A DNA stretch of 63,945 bases, the filler included, from Collodictyon triciliatum (Eukaryota): NCBI GenBank assembly GCA_043381765.1. It is 3 parts of 3 records of this genome, joined end to end, with 100 filler letters (N's around TTAATTAATTAA, not from the genome) between each part and the next. Parts side by side here need not be neighbours in the genome. Positions count along the whole stretch, not along the records: positions 1 to 21,579 come from JBHJMP010001183.1; 2 more parts are not named here. One strand, 5' to 3'. The notes below the pieces were generated by a model. That model was given only the letters and a program-made list of their open reading frames with translations. It had not been told where the DNA came from and did not search any database. Within the stretch, counting starts at the first letter, position 1. Each line of letters opens with the position of its first letter. Position numbers and translations under genes: made by a program. Below are positions 1 to 14,777 of this stretch, piece after piece.

Positions 1-69
1 GTAATAATAATAATCATAATAATCATAATAGTAATAATAATAATCATCATAATAATCATCATCATCATC

Positions 70-135
<66 letters not shown>

Positions 136-325
136 GTAATAATAGTAATAATAATAGTAATAATAATAATCATAATAATCATCATCATAATAATAATAAT
201 AATAATAATCATAATAATAATAATAGTAATAGTAATAGTAATAATAATCATAATAATAATCATAATAATAATCATAATAATAATCATAATAATAATCATA
301 ATAATAATCATAATCATGATAATCA
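1..325. repeat. Compound (TAA)n microsatellite with TCA/TAG variants, probably in a FHIT intron
   Basis: Read directly from the sequence; lies upstream of the first visible FHIT exon. Confidence 0.95.
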
Positions 326-464
326 CTGGAAGTTTTTATTACTGCCATCAGAAACCCCCTCCTTCGACTCCCCAACTTGGGTGCAAACAACGCTCATGAG
401 CCTCCTCCTCATAAAATGAAAATACATTCATGGCCGAACATTCAGCGGTTTCCCTTTGAAATAG

Positions 465-1395
<931 letters not shown>

Positions 1396-1469
1396 ATAAA
1401 CCAGAACAAACCCAAACCCATAAGCAAACCACAAGAAGCATAACACCCAAGAAGCCAAGACAAGACAAG

Positions 1470-4400
1470 ATGAAGGTAAGTCGTCGGAACAGGATAAGCC
1501 CAACCCAAACAATACAAAACCTTAACCCAAAAAGAAAGAAAGAACAGAAAGAACAGAAAGAAGATAGAAGAAGAAAGAAGAAAGAAGAAAAGAAAGAAAA
1601 GACAGAAAAGAAAGAAGAAGAAAAAAGCCCCTTTCACAAAGGCTCCTTCCAGCCGCCCGATGGACGCCCGGCAGTTCGATCAGCCCGCACAAGAAGCCAC
1701 CTCCGAAACACTTGACAAACGCGGAGCGCACGACTACACCAATCTGCTGCGCTCCGCAAAGGCCGACCCGCCAGTCTCGCCGACCTCAAACGCAGAAACA
1801 CAGACACAAACTCGACCGATGCCGCCTTCTGTGGCCGATCTGCGCGCCGCCGAAGCGCCGCATCGCTTCTACTCGAGCCTGACTACTCCGTCGTTCTCTG
1901 ATTACTTCCACGCCTCACGAAACGCCGCAGACGCCGCGCCACACTCGCCTTCGCTGCAGGACGCTGCGTCTGCAAAACACCCTCCTGCGCCGCAGAATAA
2001 ACAGACGGGCTCGAAGCGGCAAAACGCCGCTGCACTCGATGCTCAGAAGGCGCAGACTCCGCACAAGGCTTCGTCCCTGTTTGCTGCAACCATGAATCGC
2101 TCGCTGCGGCCCGCTTTGACAGCCCCGCAGGCAATCCAAAAGTCGCCCTTGCAAAGCAACGATCCGGTCCGTGCGTTTGTCTCGCTCTCCACCGCCCGGC
2201 AGCCTGCCTGGCCTCACTTGTCTCTGGAAGATTCGCTGCTCCAGGTCGATGCATCCTCGCCAAATCCTTTCAATCAGCACATCGGCATGTTTCCTCCGCC
2301 GTCGGCTGCATTGCCCGCTGCTTTGCTTTCTTCGCCGCCCGACAGCGATGCGGTCACCACGGTTTCGTCTCTGTCGGATGATTTGTCTCACAGGCCTCCA
2401 CTTCTGAGGGTGCTGCATCGCAACTATCTCCCTATCTTTTTATTTTCATTTCTTTTCTTTTTCTTTTCTTTTCTTTTCTTTTTCTTCTCTTTTTCTTTTT
2501 CTTTTTCTTTTTCTTTTCTATTTCTATTTCTATTTCTATTTCTATTTCTATTTCTATTTCTATTTCTATTTCTATTTCTATTTCTATTTTTCTTTTTGGC
2601 CCAGTGTTTGATTGCATTTATTGGATTTTATCGTATACTATCGTATTTACCGTTTTTAACCGTACTTACCGTATTTAACCGTATTCTATCGTATTCTATC
2701 GTATTTTATCAACGGACTTTTTATGAATGCTTTTTTTTTTGTTGCATGTCTATAGGATTTGGCGGCTATTTTTGATAGGATTGCGCTGTATGGAGGAGAG
2801 AAGTCTGTGGCATCGTTTCCTTGTGATTTGGTGATAGACAGGAAGGCCCAAATCATCCCAGGTGCTCTTTATGTCACAAACTATCGTGTGGGGTTTATCC
2901 CAGACCAGAGTGACACGGTGATTTTGATTTTTTTGAAGCAGTATACGTCTTTACAAATCCCATTTACCTTGTTATTATTTTTTGATATCTAGCTTCAGAA
3001 ATCATATTTTTTTTTATGTTTTGTGTACGAAAAAGTATATGCTTCAGAATTATTTTCTAAAAGAAATATGTTTCATTTAAAATCATCTTGTTAGATGACC
3101 GATTCAGATCGAGACTACTCTACAATACCCTTGGGACTCATTCATCTCATAGAAAAGGTTTATTATCTGCCCTATTCTCCTCTATTTTTTTATTTACAAA
3201 AACTCTGTCTAACATATTACAAGCTCAATTAAATTTGTTACTGTACTAAACTAGCTACCAGCTCGCAAACTTGGGACCAATTTGATACACGCTTTGGAAA
3301 TCGTGTGCAAAGATTTTCGCTCTCTTCGATTTCTGTTTGCATCAGACTCACAAATTAGACGGGAGGCTTTCCAAGTAATACACAAGAGGCAAGTCAACTT
3401 TTTTTTTGAAGCCATATGTATCCAATACCAAATTGATCTCTCATGAGTGCAAAAATATGTACATAAGCCTATGAAAATGGCACTTTCATCTGTATTCTTC
3501 ATTCTTTTCTTAAATTACGTCTTTCTTAATAATTCTTTGATGAAAATGCAGTGCATTCCCACCGACTGGATATCGTGAGCTATTCGCTTTCAATTATGTC
3601 CCTAACATCAAGTATACAGTCGATGGATGGGCCTTGTTCGACCCAATTACGGAGTTTAAAAGAATGGGCGTCCCTACGCTTCAGTGGAGGGTTACTCACG
3701 CAAACGTGGGATACAAAGTATATGATTAATATAGTTGCTCTCTAAATCCTTCTATTTTTATCTATCTTTTCCTAACACTGAGCAATATCCTCACTCGTTC
3801 ATAGAAGGTTTCTTGTGTTTTATTTTATTTAAATATGAATAAATTGATAGATATCTGATACATATCCGGAGCTCATCGCAATACCAGCTTCGATAACTGA
3901 TGAAGAAATTGCATCTGTGGCATCCTTCCGCAGTCGTGGGAGAATTCCTGCACTTTCATGGAAGCACTTGTTCAATCAAGTTTGTCATTTACCCTGGATT
4001 TTCTCAATTCCATTTATGAATTTTTGAAACTCATGACACGCTTAAGTTCGCCTATACCTATTTGTTATTGTTGAAGAAACAATCGCCATTAGGCTGCAAT
4101 TATCAGATGCAGTCAGCCGTTGGTGGGTATGTCCGGAAAGAGAAATCGAGAGGATGAGAAGCTATTCGATGCTGTCGCACAAGTAATCAAAAAAAAAATC
4201 TCCAAATATATTTCCGTTTCCATAATTTTAGCATGCTTTCTAGCTGTTGGCTTTTCTCCTTCTGAATCTCTTCTCATTTTATTATTCTCATTAAAGCTCA
4301 AATTTAACATCCATACAGGCCACGACCCAAACAAAAGTTTTACATATTATGGACTCCAGACCACGTGCAAATGCGATAGGAAATCAGGTCTACTAAGTGT

Positions 4401-7345
4401 TAGGATGAGCTTTCTGTTTTATATGTAAAAATAAATAAAATGTTAGCAATATAATATCAAAAACATAACGGACTTTTTAGACTTTAATTTTACTTGTCCT
4501 CCAAGATTTGATATGGTTCATTTACTGATGCGAAAGTCATGAATTAATATGTTAATTAGGTCAAAGGTGCTGGATACGAAAGCACTACTTTTTACAAGAA
4601 AATGTCAATATCATTCATGAATATTGAAAACATTCACGTGGTCCGAGATTCTTACAACAAACTACGAACAGTAAGTTTACAAAAGAAAATAATTCAAGTT
4701 TCACTCGTTTTGTTATTACCTTTGCATATTTTATAGGTACTTTGCACGAATGAAACTTGTCTTCTTCTTTTCTTACTGAGATATGAATAACTTAAAATTA
4801 AATAGGTTTGCCTCAACTATGGCAGTGCAACAGTCGATAACTCTTTGATGTCATCAAGTATGCCATTTTCTTTCAAAAAATACATATATTAATTACCGCC
4901 TCACAAATGTTGAGTGTTGTGCCCCTCTCTGCGATGAGAATAGTTAACACATCGTCCCTTTTTCTCTCTCTTCCTCTCTCTTTTTTTTTTTCCCTCTCCT
5001 CTTTCTTGTATTATTTCCTACCAGCCACCGACCAAACGCAAACGTCTCCTTATGAGCACTGGTATTCGTATGTCGACTCCACGCAATGGCTTACGCACAT
5101 CAAAACAATTTTGTTTGCAACCGCAAAGCTTGTTCGATTGATTGTAAATGGCGAATCTGTCTTGATTCACTGTAGCGATGGATGGGACAGGTTTTCATGT
5201 TTTTATACACATACCAGCGAATTTACATTAATTATATACGGACGGAATGATTTTGAAGTACTTGAGTGCGACTACGCCCAAAAGAAATTTACAGTGCGAA
5301 AGATTGTCATATATTTCCGAATATATTAAAATCGTATGAAGTGAGGAGTACTTTAAAAAGAAAAATGGATGAATTTCAACCGCTTATAAGTGATGATACT
5401 CAGACTGATAATCTAAAATATATTGATGATGCTACCAAAATCAAATCCACTTATCAACTTACCACACAAAAAGAACTGCACAGCAGAGCTCCCTGGCGAT
5501 GTTATGTCTAGATCCATATTATCGGACAATAGAAGGATTTATGGTGTTGATTGAGAAGGAATGGTGCAACTTTGGCCATAAGTTTCTTGACCGCACAGGC
5601 CATGGAAACAGGTTCAGACAATCTCGACCCTGGTCTCAAATTGCAGAATTTTTATTTGCATAAGTTTCCCTTGAAGGAAAAAAAGAAGAGGAAAGAACTA
5701 ATGCTCATATGTCATTCAGTTCCTTTGTTATTTCATGAAATTCATTGAATAATTTGTAATTATGCCAAGGAACCACGACGACGAGGATCGCTCGCCCATA
5801 TTTCTGCAGTTCATGGACTGTGTCTGGCAGCTCACCCGCCAATTCCCACGGTCATTCCAGTTCAACGAGCTGTTTCTTGTGCATATCCTTGACCATCTCT
5901 ATTCATGCAGGTTCTCACCCTTACCTATGGTTTTCTATCGTACTTTTTTTTTTCCCTTAAAAATAGTCTGATGATAACAGTAATGTATTTGGCAGTTCCA
6001 AATATTCCTACAACTGGAAAGGTAATCCACAACTCTTGTCATCGCCCATAGATTCGGCACGTTTCTAGTAAACAATGAGCGGGATAACAAATTGAACAAC
6101 CTGAAAAACAACACTGTGTCCCTATGGTCATACCTGAGTGAAAACAAGGTACATATCTTTATATTACATTGGGCATGCTTTTTTTTTTTATTCTGAGAGT
6201 GCTCGAAAGTAAATAGATCCAAATGGAATAGAGAGGAGGATCAGATAATTAATTTTTGCTCGTTGCTCAGGGCATATATGCGCAATGGCATTAATCGCAT
6301 GAATTGAAACCATAGATTCAGTACGAGAGTAAGCGGTACAACGGGCCTGATGTTGCTCGTGCAGTGGCAGCTGTCATGCCTCCTTTAATACCAAACCCGC
6401 ATTCCATCATGGTCACGATATGGGTGAATTATTACCTCCGATGGACTGTGCACGCCTTCGAGCTAGATATTCGACTCTCATCAGAATTCAACACAAGAAC
6501 ATCGTATGTATAGCTCTCTTTAACATGAGCAGAGAAAAGCTTCTCATGGAATATCTCGCATCTTTGTAATACTTTTTGACGACACCAACACGGATGCATA
6601 CCACTTGGAAATCGTTTGATATGATATCAGATAGTGTTAAAATCGAATGCTGGAATTTTCAGGTTAGCTACCGACGCTCCTGCAATGACTCCGGTGGGGG
6701 CATCGAGTTCGTTGTTTTCGCAGATGTTTGATTTGAGCATTGAAGAACTTTCTCCATCGTACGTATCTTTTGACTCCCGTGTCCTCTCTGATACAACCCA
6801 GAGTCCCATATGTCTTGTAATTTATGATTCATTTTTTGCTTGCCTTTTTTTTTCCAGACATCCTCATCGATTTCTTTGTATGGGTTATGACCTTTTGCAT
6901 GTCTTGTGGCATTATGCAGGCCTGGTGAGGAAGGACGGAATTTAAACGAGAAGGAGAATCTTTTATTGAAGGAAAAGATGGAGCAAATAGAAGAACTCAA
7001 GCAGCAAGTGAAAGAATTAAGACAAGAAATAGAAACACTTAACGCATTGAACAGAGAAGGTGTGCTTGGTGAAGAGCTTATCAACAAACAAGTATAGTCC
7101 ATCTCAAAATATTTTTAGAAAATAAAGAAAAAAAAAGAAACAGAAGTATCCGGCCGGAACCATTTTGGAAGGGAAACAAAAAGAAGACATAAATGAATCA
7201 CGCATAGTCATTTGCAATTTTAAAATTCACTTGAAATAAATTTGTCCAGAATGAAGTGGTTCGGACTGATAGTGAGCGAGCAAGTGTGGGAAACCTTGCC
7301 TCATTCATCACCAACCAAACAAAGGAAATGCACGACCCAGAGTGA
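1470..7345 (+). CDS. Myotubularin-related phosphoinositide 3-phosphatase (disordered N-terminus, PH-GRAM, PTP domain, coiled coil); catalytic motif intact
   Basis: ATGAAG|gtaagt joins in frame to 1642 ([13 protein letters not shown]). GRAM segment [49 protein letters not shown] at ~5160-5190/5474; [25 protein letters not shown] probable last exon NEVVRT...HDPE* ends at 7345 (unspliced alternative stop at 7097). Confidence 0.93.
2440..2597. repeat. T-rich / (TTTCTA)n intronic repeat
   Basis: Direct; lies in the myotubularin intron starting at 2410. Confidence 0.9.
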
Positions 7346-7867
7346 GGGACAAATTCCAATTTGAAGTTCTCTTTATTGTTTCAAAGATAAAGATTACGCA
7401 GGATGTTGATTGTTGTTAATGGAAGGTATCAAGCATGCTTGATTCCTTTCTCATTTTTTATAATAAAAAAAATAAAAGAATAATAAATAAATTCTCTTTC
7501 AAGCACCCGCTTGTATGAAAGCACAAACATTTCGATTCCATATAAAGCTCCCCAAATTTGAAGGAAAAAGTAATCATCGTCTTCAATCAGCTTTTTCTCC
7601 TTTCTATAATAGAATAATTCACTGTAAACCTTTCCTCCCTTATCAACGAAAATCATCACTTGGATAGATAAATAAATAAAATTATCCTCAAACCCAGTTC
7701 CTAGCGTGAATCCCTCAGTTATTTTCCCAAGGAATCTCCAAACTACTTTATGACATGACAATAAAATACTCCCACGGGTTTCTTTTCTCTACGCATATTT
7801 AGGTCATCAGGTGGCGCTTGACCAAAAAAAAATCTTTTCCTACTGTCCCAGTCGAAGTGGCTGCCAA

Positions 7868-10800
7868 TCAAATCATTACATTTTGATAATAGAACGAAAG
7901 CGTCTTCAATAAAGCAACAACCGTGTCTAAATCGCGTTTCGAGTTTAGGCTGATAAGCACATCTTCATCCTGTACAAGAATAATCAAGTAAGCAAAGTAT
8001 GAACGACAAGCAATACTCTGCCGCTAATAGTTAACAGAGCGCAAGATGTTTGAATATTATGATAAAATCTGGACTAATGCATCATGGTTTGCACTGCTAA
8101 AATTATAGTTATATATATCTCAGCAAAAGTGAGCTATTCTGATTCGGACTCACATATCTATCCAACAATCGCAGGCGAAGGATTGATGTAAATAAGGTAG
8201 ATTCCTGCGCAGAAGGTTGAGAAAGAAAAAAAAGAAGCAAAAGATATTTCAATAAATCGGACTTGTTTCCTTGTCTAATCCCCCAATAAAAATAACACTT
8301 TAAAAATAGAAATAGGAGAGGTCCGCATAGTTTTTTTTGATTTTTTTTTGATTCCTCTGTATGAGACCATTTCCAAATAATAAAAATGATAAATATACAT
8401 ACATTCGCCAATTCGTAAATGCTCCAAAAATTCCAATCGAATACGAGGCATCGATCGGTTGTTGTAAAAGACCAACTCTCCGGGCTGATGGACAGCGTGC
8501 CTGCCTCATTTTGATATCCATCATATGTCAAAGCCACCGCCAGCGTGAGAAGCGGTGCGTAGTTTCGTGAATCAATTAACGTTTGGATAGAATCGCACGT
8601 TATAGAATTCGCGTGTATTGAATTAGCTGTTTGGTCGGTTACAGAAGATAGTATGGACATGTACTTGCGAACAACAAGGTCGTGTAGCCTCCCTCTTAAA
8701 ATCCGGCGAGCACAGCTTTGAATCCATGATGCAGTCGAGCCTTTTGCCATCAAAAGTGAGATGGTATCGCTCGGGGCCGATGTGGATGCTCTCCTTTCTA
8801 GAATAGTAACCAATTCAGCCGTATTTCTACCAAATAGATCCACAATTATGTGAAACTGGTTGGCTTCTTTTTGAAAAGCAGAGTCTTCATCTCTTACAAG
8901 ACCATACTTTTTTGCAAAAGCCAAGAAGTGTGTAACCAATTGCTGTGAGTAAGCTGCATAGAGCTTGAGTGAACCATTACTTTCAAGAAAGTCGATTGCT
9001 AGCTGTGGTTTCCATAGTAGCTGTTCTGCATGTTGGATAATTTGCACAGCAATTAATTTAGAAAAATGGGTTTGTGCTTCTGGAGCAAATATTCCGTGGA
9101 GCTGCTCGTAGTCTGCCGCCATATTCTCAACAGCAACATGAATGGCATCTTTAATAATATCGGCTTCGTTGTCTGTTACCTTTGGAGTAGTTCTCTTGAC
9201 ATATCGAAAGTGCTTCAAAACTCGAACAAAATCTCTGTGGATTTCCTGGGTCATAGATTTTGTATAGTACGTGGTATATTTTTCTACTCCACCCAATATT
9301 ATCTTCAGAGTAAAACTTACGATTTTGCATTCATTTCTTTCATCTTCCGATGAAAAGAATTGGTCTGATAAAACAGAAAAGTCTGAATAGAGCCTAGTCA
9401 AGTTATTTAGCCAAAGGCACCGACTTGCACTCGTCAGGGCTAATTTATCTCGGGAGTTTGCATCAAAAGTTTTCATGTGATTGATAGTATGTAGCACAAA
9501 TAGCTGCACACCTGAACACAAGGAGCGAATAGAGATATCTCGAAACACCCCAGAAAGCTTATATGAAAGCATCATGTCTGTGGCAAAAACATGAACTGCT
9601 TTGATGAAGCTGACATATGACTCTGTAACAGTCCCCTCTTCTTGGGATGGCTCATTTGTATCCTTTCGAATATATCCCGAAATCAGGCGTTGAAAGGATT
9701 TGTGCAAATGAGATTGGATGTGTGGAGCTAAAGTAGTTACCCCGCCGCATAGTGTCATGTATCGCTCTTTGGTGAGGTAATCGATGATAATTTCAAGCCT
9801 TTGGATTTGCAGCAGAAGCGTTGTAACAACGGACGGAAAATTACCCCCAGAAGGGTCTAAACTTTTCCAAATAGAATCCATCCTTGATTTTAGCTCACAA
9901 AGAAAGAAACGAATTTCATTTTCAAGGGTTTGTCCTGGAATGCGAAGAATGTTCCAAAAGTAAAAGCTATCCTGCACATCAATCAGAATCAGGTTGATTA
10001 ATGCACAAAAGTCATGAATATTGTGAACCTTGCAATCATGCGACATGTAGCCAAATCGCTGCTTTGCCCCTTCTAACAAAAGCTCTTTCAGCAAGTCGCC
10101 TCCAATATTAGGATTCAGCCCTTTGGATTTAAAGAATATTCTTGTCCATAATTTGGGTTCATCAGGGCCATAAGATGATGGGAAAGATACAGCACAATGT
10201 CGTATATGATGAGCGGCTTCCTGTGATATGATATCAATCAATATACCAGATATCGAGAATTCTTGTTTTGTCATAACTGTCTCTACACTTTGAAACATGT
10301 CAACAAACTCGTAGAATACAGAACAAAGATACTTTTCCTCGACTCGGGTGTTAAGCATCATCAAATGGACCAAATGAGTAAGGAGCGATAGTGTACGAAA
10401 AAACTTTGTAATTCCATATCTCTGGGCAAAATCTTGTAAAATATATTGATTGGCTGCAGACAATTGCTTGATAATAGCCTTTTGATAGGTACTTCCATAC
10501 ATATCTTTTAGTTGAGTTTCGAATTGAATCAAATGTGAAAGAAGAATGTGATACTGCGCATTTGCTCCAACAAGCTTAAACTTGTAGAGCGGAGATTTGG
10601 TCATGTTTACAAGGCTAGCTTGATTTGTGGGCCATCCTTCATTTGCTTCCACCTCACAGAATGAGTTTATGTACTTTCTTGCGTTTGAAAAAAGGGATGC
10701 TGAATCACTCTCTTTCTGAATTTCAGGTTGAAAAATATATTGTCGAGATATGTACTTTTGTTTGATGCTTTCGTCAGACTCTTTGAAGTCAACATCGTCA

Positions 10801-13800
10801 AATATCATATATGCAATGTGTAGCTGTGGGGGTGTTGATGAAATACGTGTAGAACTGCCCTGTGTTTCCAAATAAATCCAGTGCCGATTATAGTGTAGTG
10901 GCATCACTCTGTCCAGAGCCATCAGATATTTTGCATAGCATCGACTTTTCTTGAAAATGTTTTTAGCCCATATACTTATTGATAAACTCTGAATACCTTT
11001 TTGAAGTTTGAAAAGTAGAGTCTGTTGGTATTGAGGATTAAGGTTCTTTGGATATTTTCCCGTCTTTAATTTAACATCACCATAAGTGCATTTCACCTTG
11101 GACTCGAATTGTGTGGGGATATCTTGTCCCTCGATTATCGTCAGTAGCAGATATAGATTACATTTCTCTTGGTCCAAATATTGATTTGCAAGATTTATCA
11201 AGCGACTTTTCTGAAAATCCACCCACAGCTGGTGCAAAGCTTGTGTTTGAAAAAGTTCTGGTGTGAAACCGGGAGCTACTGATAAATACCGAAATTGAGA
11301 TAGTAAAAAATTTGAGGTCTTTAATCGCAGGCTTCGTTCTCTACATTTATACTCTACTTTTGTCATTTTAGCTTCGCTGACGTAAAAGGAACATGTAAGA
11401 ATCCCTCTCAGTTCGATGTTTGTAAAAAGATGGTCAACATGGTGACTGAAAGTATTTTTATCTACAACAGGTGATGATATACACATGTACGCATTTTCGA
11501 GCGTGTCAGACCGAATTCCATGGAGAGGGAGCTCCACATTAGGTTTGGTTTTCGAAAGTGACAGGACAAAGTTGTAATGGATTGATTTAAACCTAGATTC
11601 ATTAGTCAGAGCAAGATTTATCCCTTCATTTGTGGAGAAATTCTCCAGAATTAACAGAGGGTCAGGAAATTCGATGGATATGCTGATGTATATCTGACCC
11701 CGATGAATCATGCGTCGCTTCTTTTTTTCTAATGGTAACCAACCAGCCCATGAAATCTTTACAAGGCCATCTGAATCGTGCTCCAATTTTCCATTGACGG
11801 TATCTGATTGGGACATGGATATAATTTCCCATAACCTCATTCTAGTAGTTCCTAGGAAATCATCCAGAAATCCTATATCTTCATCGTAAACTGATATGCG
11901 GAGCATTGGCTCGTTTGGGTCCACTGAATCAAGAAGTTGTGACGTTTTCACCGTTGTGTCAGGCATTGAATTCATTTTCATGTAATTTGGTAGTGCACGG
12001 ATCATTCCTTTGCTAACTTTGACATTAAACCTGGAATGGAATTTCCAGACAGGATTTAAATTTGCTGAAATAGTTGCGGATCTCTGCTTTTGTCTGTCGA
12101 GTTGTACAATGCAATAAGGGTCACTTAGTCCTGAGATGTCTTTTGCTTGTAGATCGCGCGCCTTTAAAAAAAAAAAAAAGAAAGAAAGAAAGATAAAGGG
12201 CACAAGATTTTCACTAGGGTTTCTTGATAATAAATATTCATATTATGAATGAGCTATAAAAATAAGATTGTTTGATTGTATGTCATTTCTCTCCCTCTAT
12301 TTTTTTAATCTTGAAATATTCTCAGTTGAACGTTAAATTCGAGAAAATTATCTGATAAACCTCATGCACATTGACGCGCAGAACAGCCTCCAAGTTTTCT
12401 GAATTGTAGTCGAGCATTTTTACACCTTCCCCCGGATTTATTCTTGTAAATGGAATGATAGTGGACATTTCCACAAATCTATATTTCAATGTCAACGATA
12501 TTAAAGGTGCAAACGAAGTTGGATTGAGTCCTTCAGGGATGTGCATAACTTGCATTTCACTCTCCAGCCTCTATATAAATCATGGTGGAGATTCCTGGCT
12601 TAATATATTTGTATGTATTTGTTTTGCTCTTGTGACATTTTAATGAGTACATTATTTGTAATTAGGGGATTTTAATTCAAATCAAATGAAATAATGCTGC
12701 AATAGTAATAAAGATTATATATGAGCGTACCGATATGATATCTGTAGCCTCTGGAATAGCTCCTGTCATTATTTTTGAAAGCAAAACACGGATATAAGGA
12801 ACCAAGTTGAACTGAAACATGGCTATGGGTGGAGGATGAGGGCCAAGAAACTACATTAAGGTGTTCGAATTGCATCGTGACCATTAGTTTCGCCTTTCAT
12901 TATTGAGCTCATATGTTATTTATCTAAGCATTTCAAGACTTTAAAAATTAGATTTGGATGTTTTGCTCTGGTTTTATGGGTATATTATCTATACCTCTTC
13001 AAAAAGAAAAACGCTAAAAATGGCGGATGGTTGGTCGGTTTCAAAAGAGTACTGTTCAACCCATGTGTACCCATTCTTGAAATCACATGGAAAACTCTGA
13101 ACGACAGTATGCCCATCCGTTGCACTCATGAAACAGCGTGGTCCTGACATATATGTACATTATCATCCGATGAAATAAAAAAAATCAACTAAAAATGAGT
13201 GGAAAACAGTCTAAAGGAAAGAAAATACCTATCGATAAAGAATTTTTTTTTTACTCGATCAGATACTATGTTTTTCTCGATGTGTGTTTGAATTAATACT
13301 ATCTTGGTTGATAATGTGGGATGTATCTTTACCATTTTGAATTCCTCGTATTTTTACATCTTGAATGAGGGAACGGAAAGGCCACACCAAAAAGTATAGA
13401 GAATCACTTGGTTAATGTATTTTCCTTTTAAATTAAAATGAAATCGAATAACAGAAATCACAGTATGAGAGATATAGAATATGTACTCGATTATACTACC
13501 TATGAAAGTCACAGCAGTTGATAAGCGACCCTTTACAAAAAAAAAATCATCATTTATTGCCGAGGATAAGAAACAAATGGAGGGTGTGCCAAGAACTTTA
13601 CAGACGTATATGCAAATGAAGTCTTGACGAATCATTTGATTGAAAGTGACGAATGTGATAAGAAAATGGTGAAGGAAAAGATATAAAGGGGTTCAGTAGT
13701 TTTTAAACAACGTTTTTCTTGTGATCTGTCGAAGATCATGCAAATATTTTATACTTACAAAGAGATTGGCGTAACCCAGTGAGATACCGAGCTGATCAGA

Positions 13801-13863
13801 AAGATTGCGTTCATCTGAATCAGTGAAGTCTTCGGGCTGTTGAGACTTTCCGAAGAGCCACAT
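7868..13863 (-). CDS. Large multi-C2-domain protein with a helical Munc13-homology (MUN/MHD)-like region and a C-terminal PH/GRAM-like segment
   Basis: First exon 13863-13759 (MWLFGKSQ...). Canonical C2 motifs ARDLQAKDISGLSDPYC and VYDEDIGFLDDFLG, and a further C2 (LTIIEGQDIP...NLNPQY). ILQDFAQRYGI resembles MHD-family proteins (inference). Giant exon 8403-12161; terminal exon ...LSFYYQNVMI* stops at 7868. Confidence 0.75.
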
Positions 13864-14090
13864 CTTTACACACGCTCACCTCAAAACAAATCCCAGTAAC
13901 TATTATGTGCTATCGTCGGACTGCAACAAGCTCTTCGCCGCAGTATTGGTGCGTGCCAGAGCGGCCTACAAACTTAGAAGATGCGAAAGGCTGTCTGTAG
14001 CTAAATGCGCACTCCTTTGATAGGAGTTAAAATGAAGTTAAGTTAACCAATAATCTTTCACTCTTGTTTCCCACTATGACTTTTTTTTTT

Positions 14091-14735
14091 NNNNNNNNNN
14101 NNNNNNNNNNNNNNNNNNNNNNNNNNNNNNNNNNNNNNNNNNNNNNNNNNNNNNNNNNNNNNNNNNNNNNNNNNNNNNNNNNNNNNNNNNNNNNNNNNNN
14201 NNNNNNNNNNNNNNNNNNNNNNNNNNNNNNNNNNNNNNNNNNNNNNNNNNNNNNNNNNNNNNNNNNNNNNNNNNNNNNNNNNNNNNNNNNNNNNNNNNNN
14301 NNNNNNNNNNNNNNNNNNNNNNNNNNNNNNNNNNNNNNNNNNNNNNNNNNNNNNNNNNNNNNNNNNNNNNNNNNNNNNNNNNNNNNNNNNNNNNNNNNNN
14401 NNNNNNNNNNNNNNNNNNNNNNNNNNNNNNNNNNNNNNNNNNNNNNNNNNNNNNNNNNNNNNNNNNNNNNNNNNNNNNNNNNNNNNNNNNNNNNNNNNNN
14501 NNNNNNNNNNNNNNNNNNNNNNNNNNNNNNNNNNNNNNNNNNNNNNNNNNNNNNNNNNNNNNNNNNNNNNNNNNNNNNNNNNNNNNNNNNNNNNNNNNNN
14601 NNNNNNNNNNNNNNNNNNNNNNNNNNNNNNNNNNNNNNNNNNNNNNNNNNNNNNNNNNNNNNNNNNNNNNNNNNNNNNNNNNNNNNNNNNNNNNNNNNNN
14701 NNNNNNNNNNNNNNNNNNNNNNNNNNNNNNNNNNN
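14091..14735. other. Assembly gap (N run); others at 29585-30167 and 37592-37801
   Basis: N runs. Confidence 1.
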
Positions 14736-14777
14736 CGTCATAGTTGACTATATAAACAGTTTGGACGGCAGGATTAC

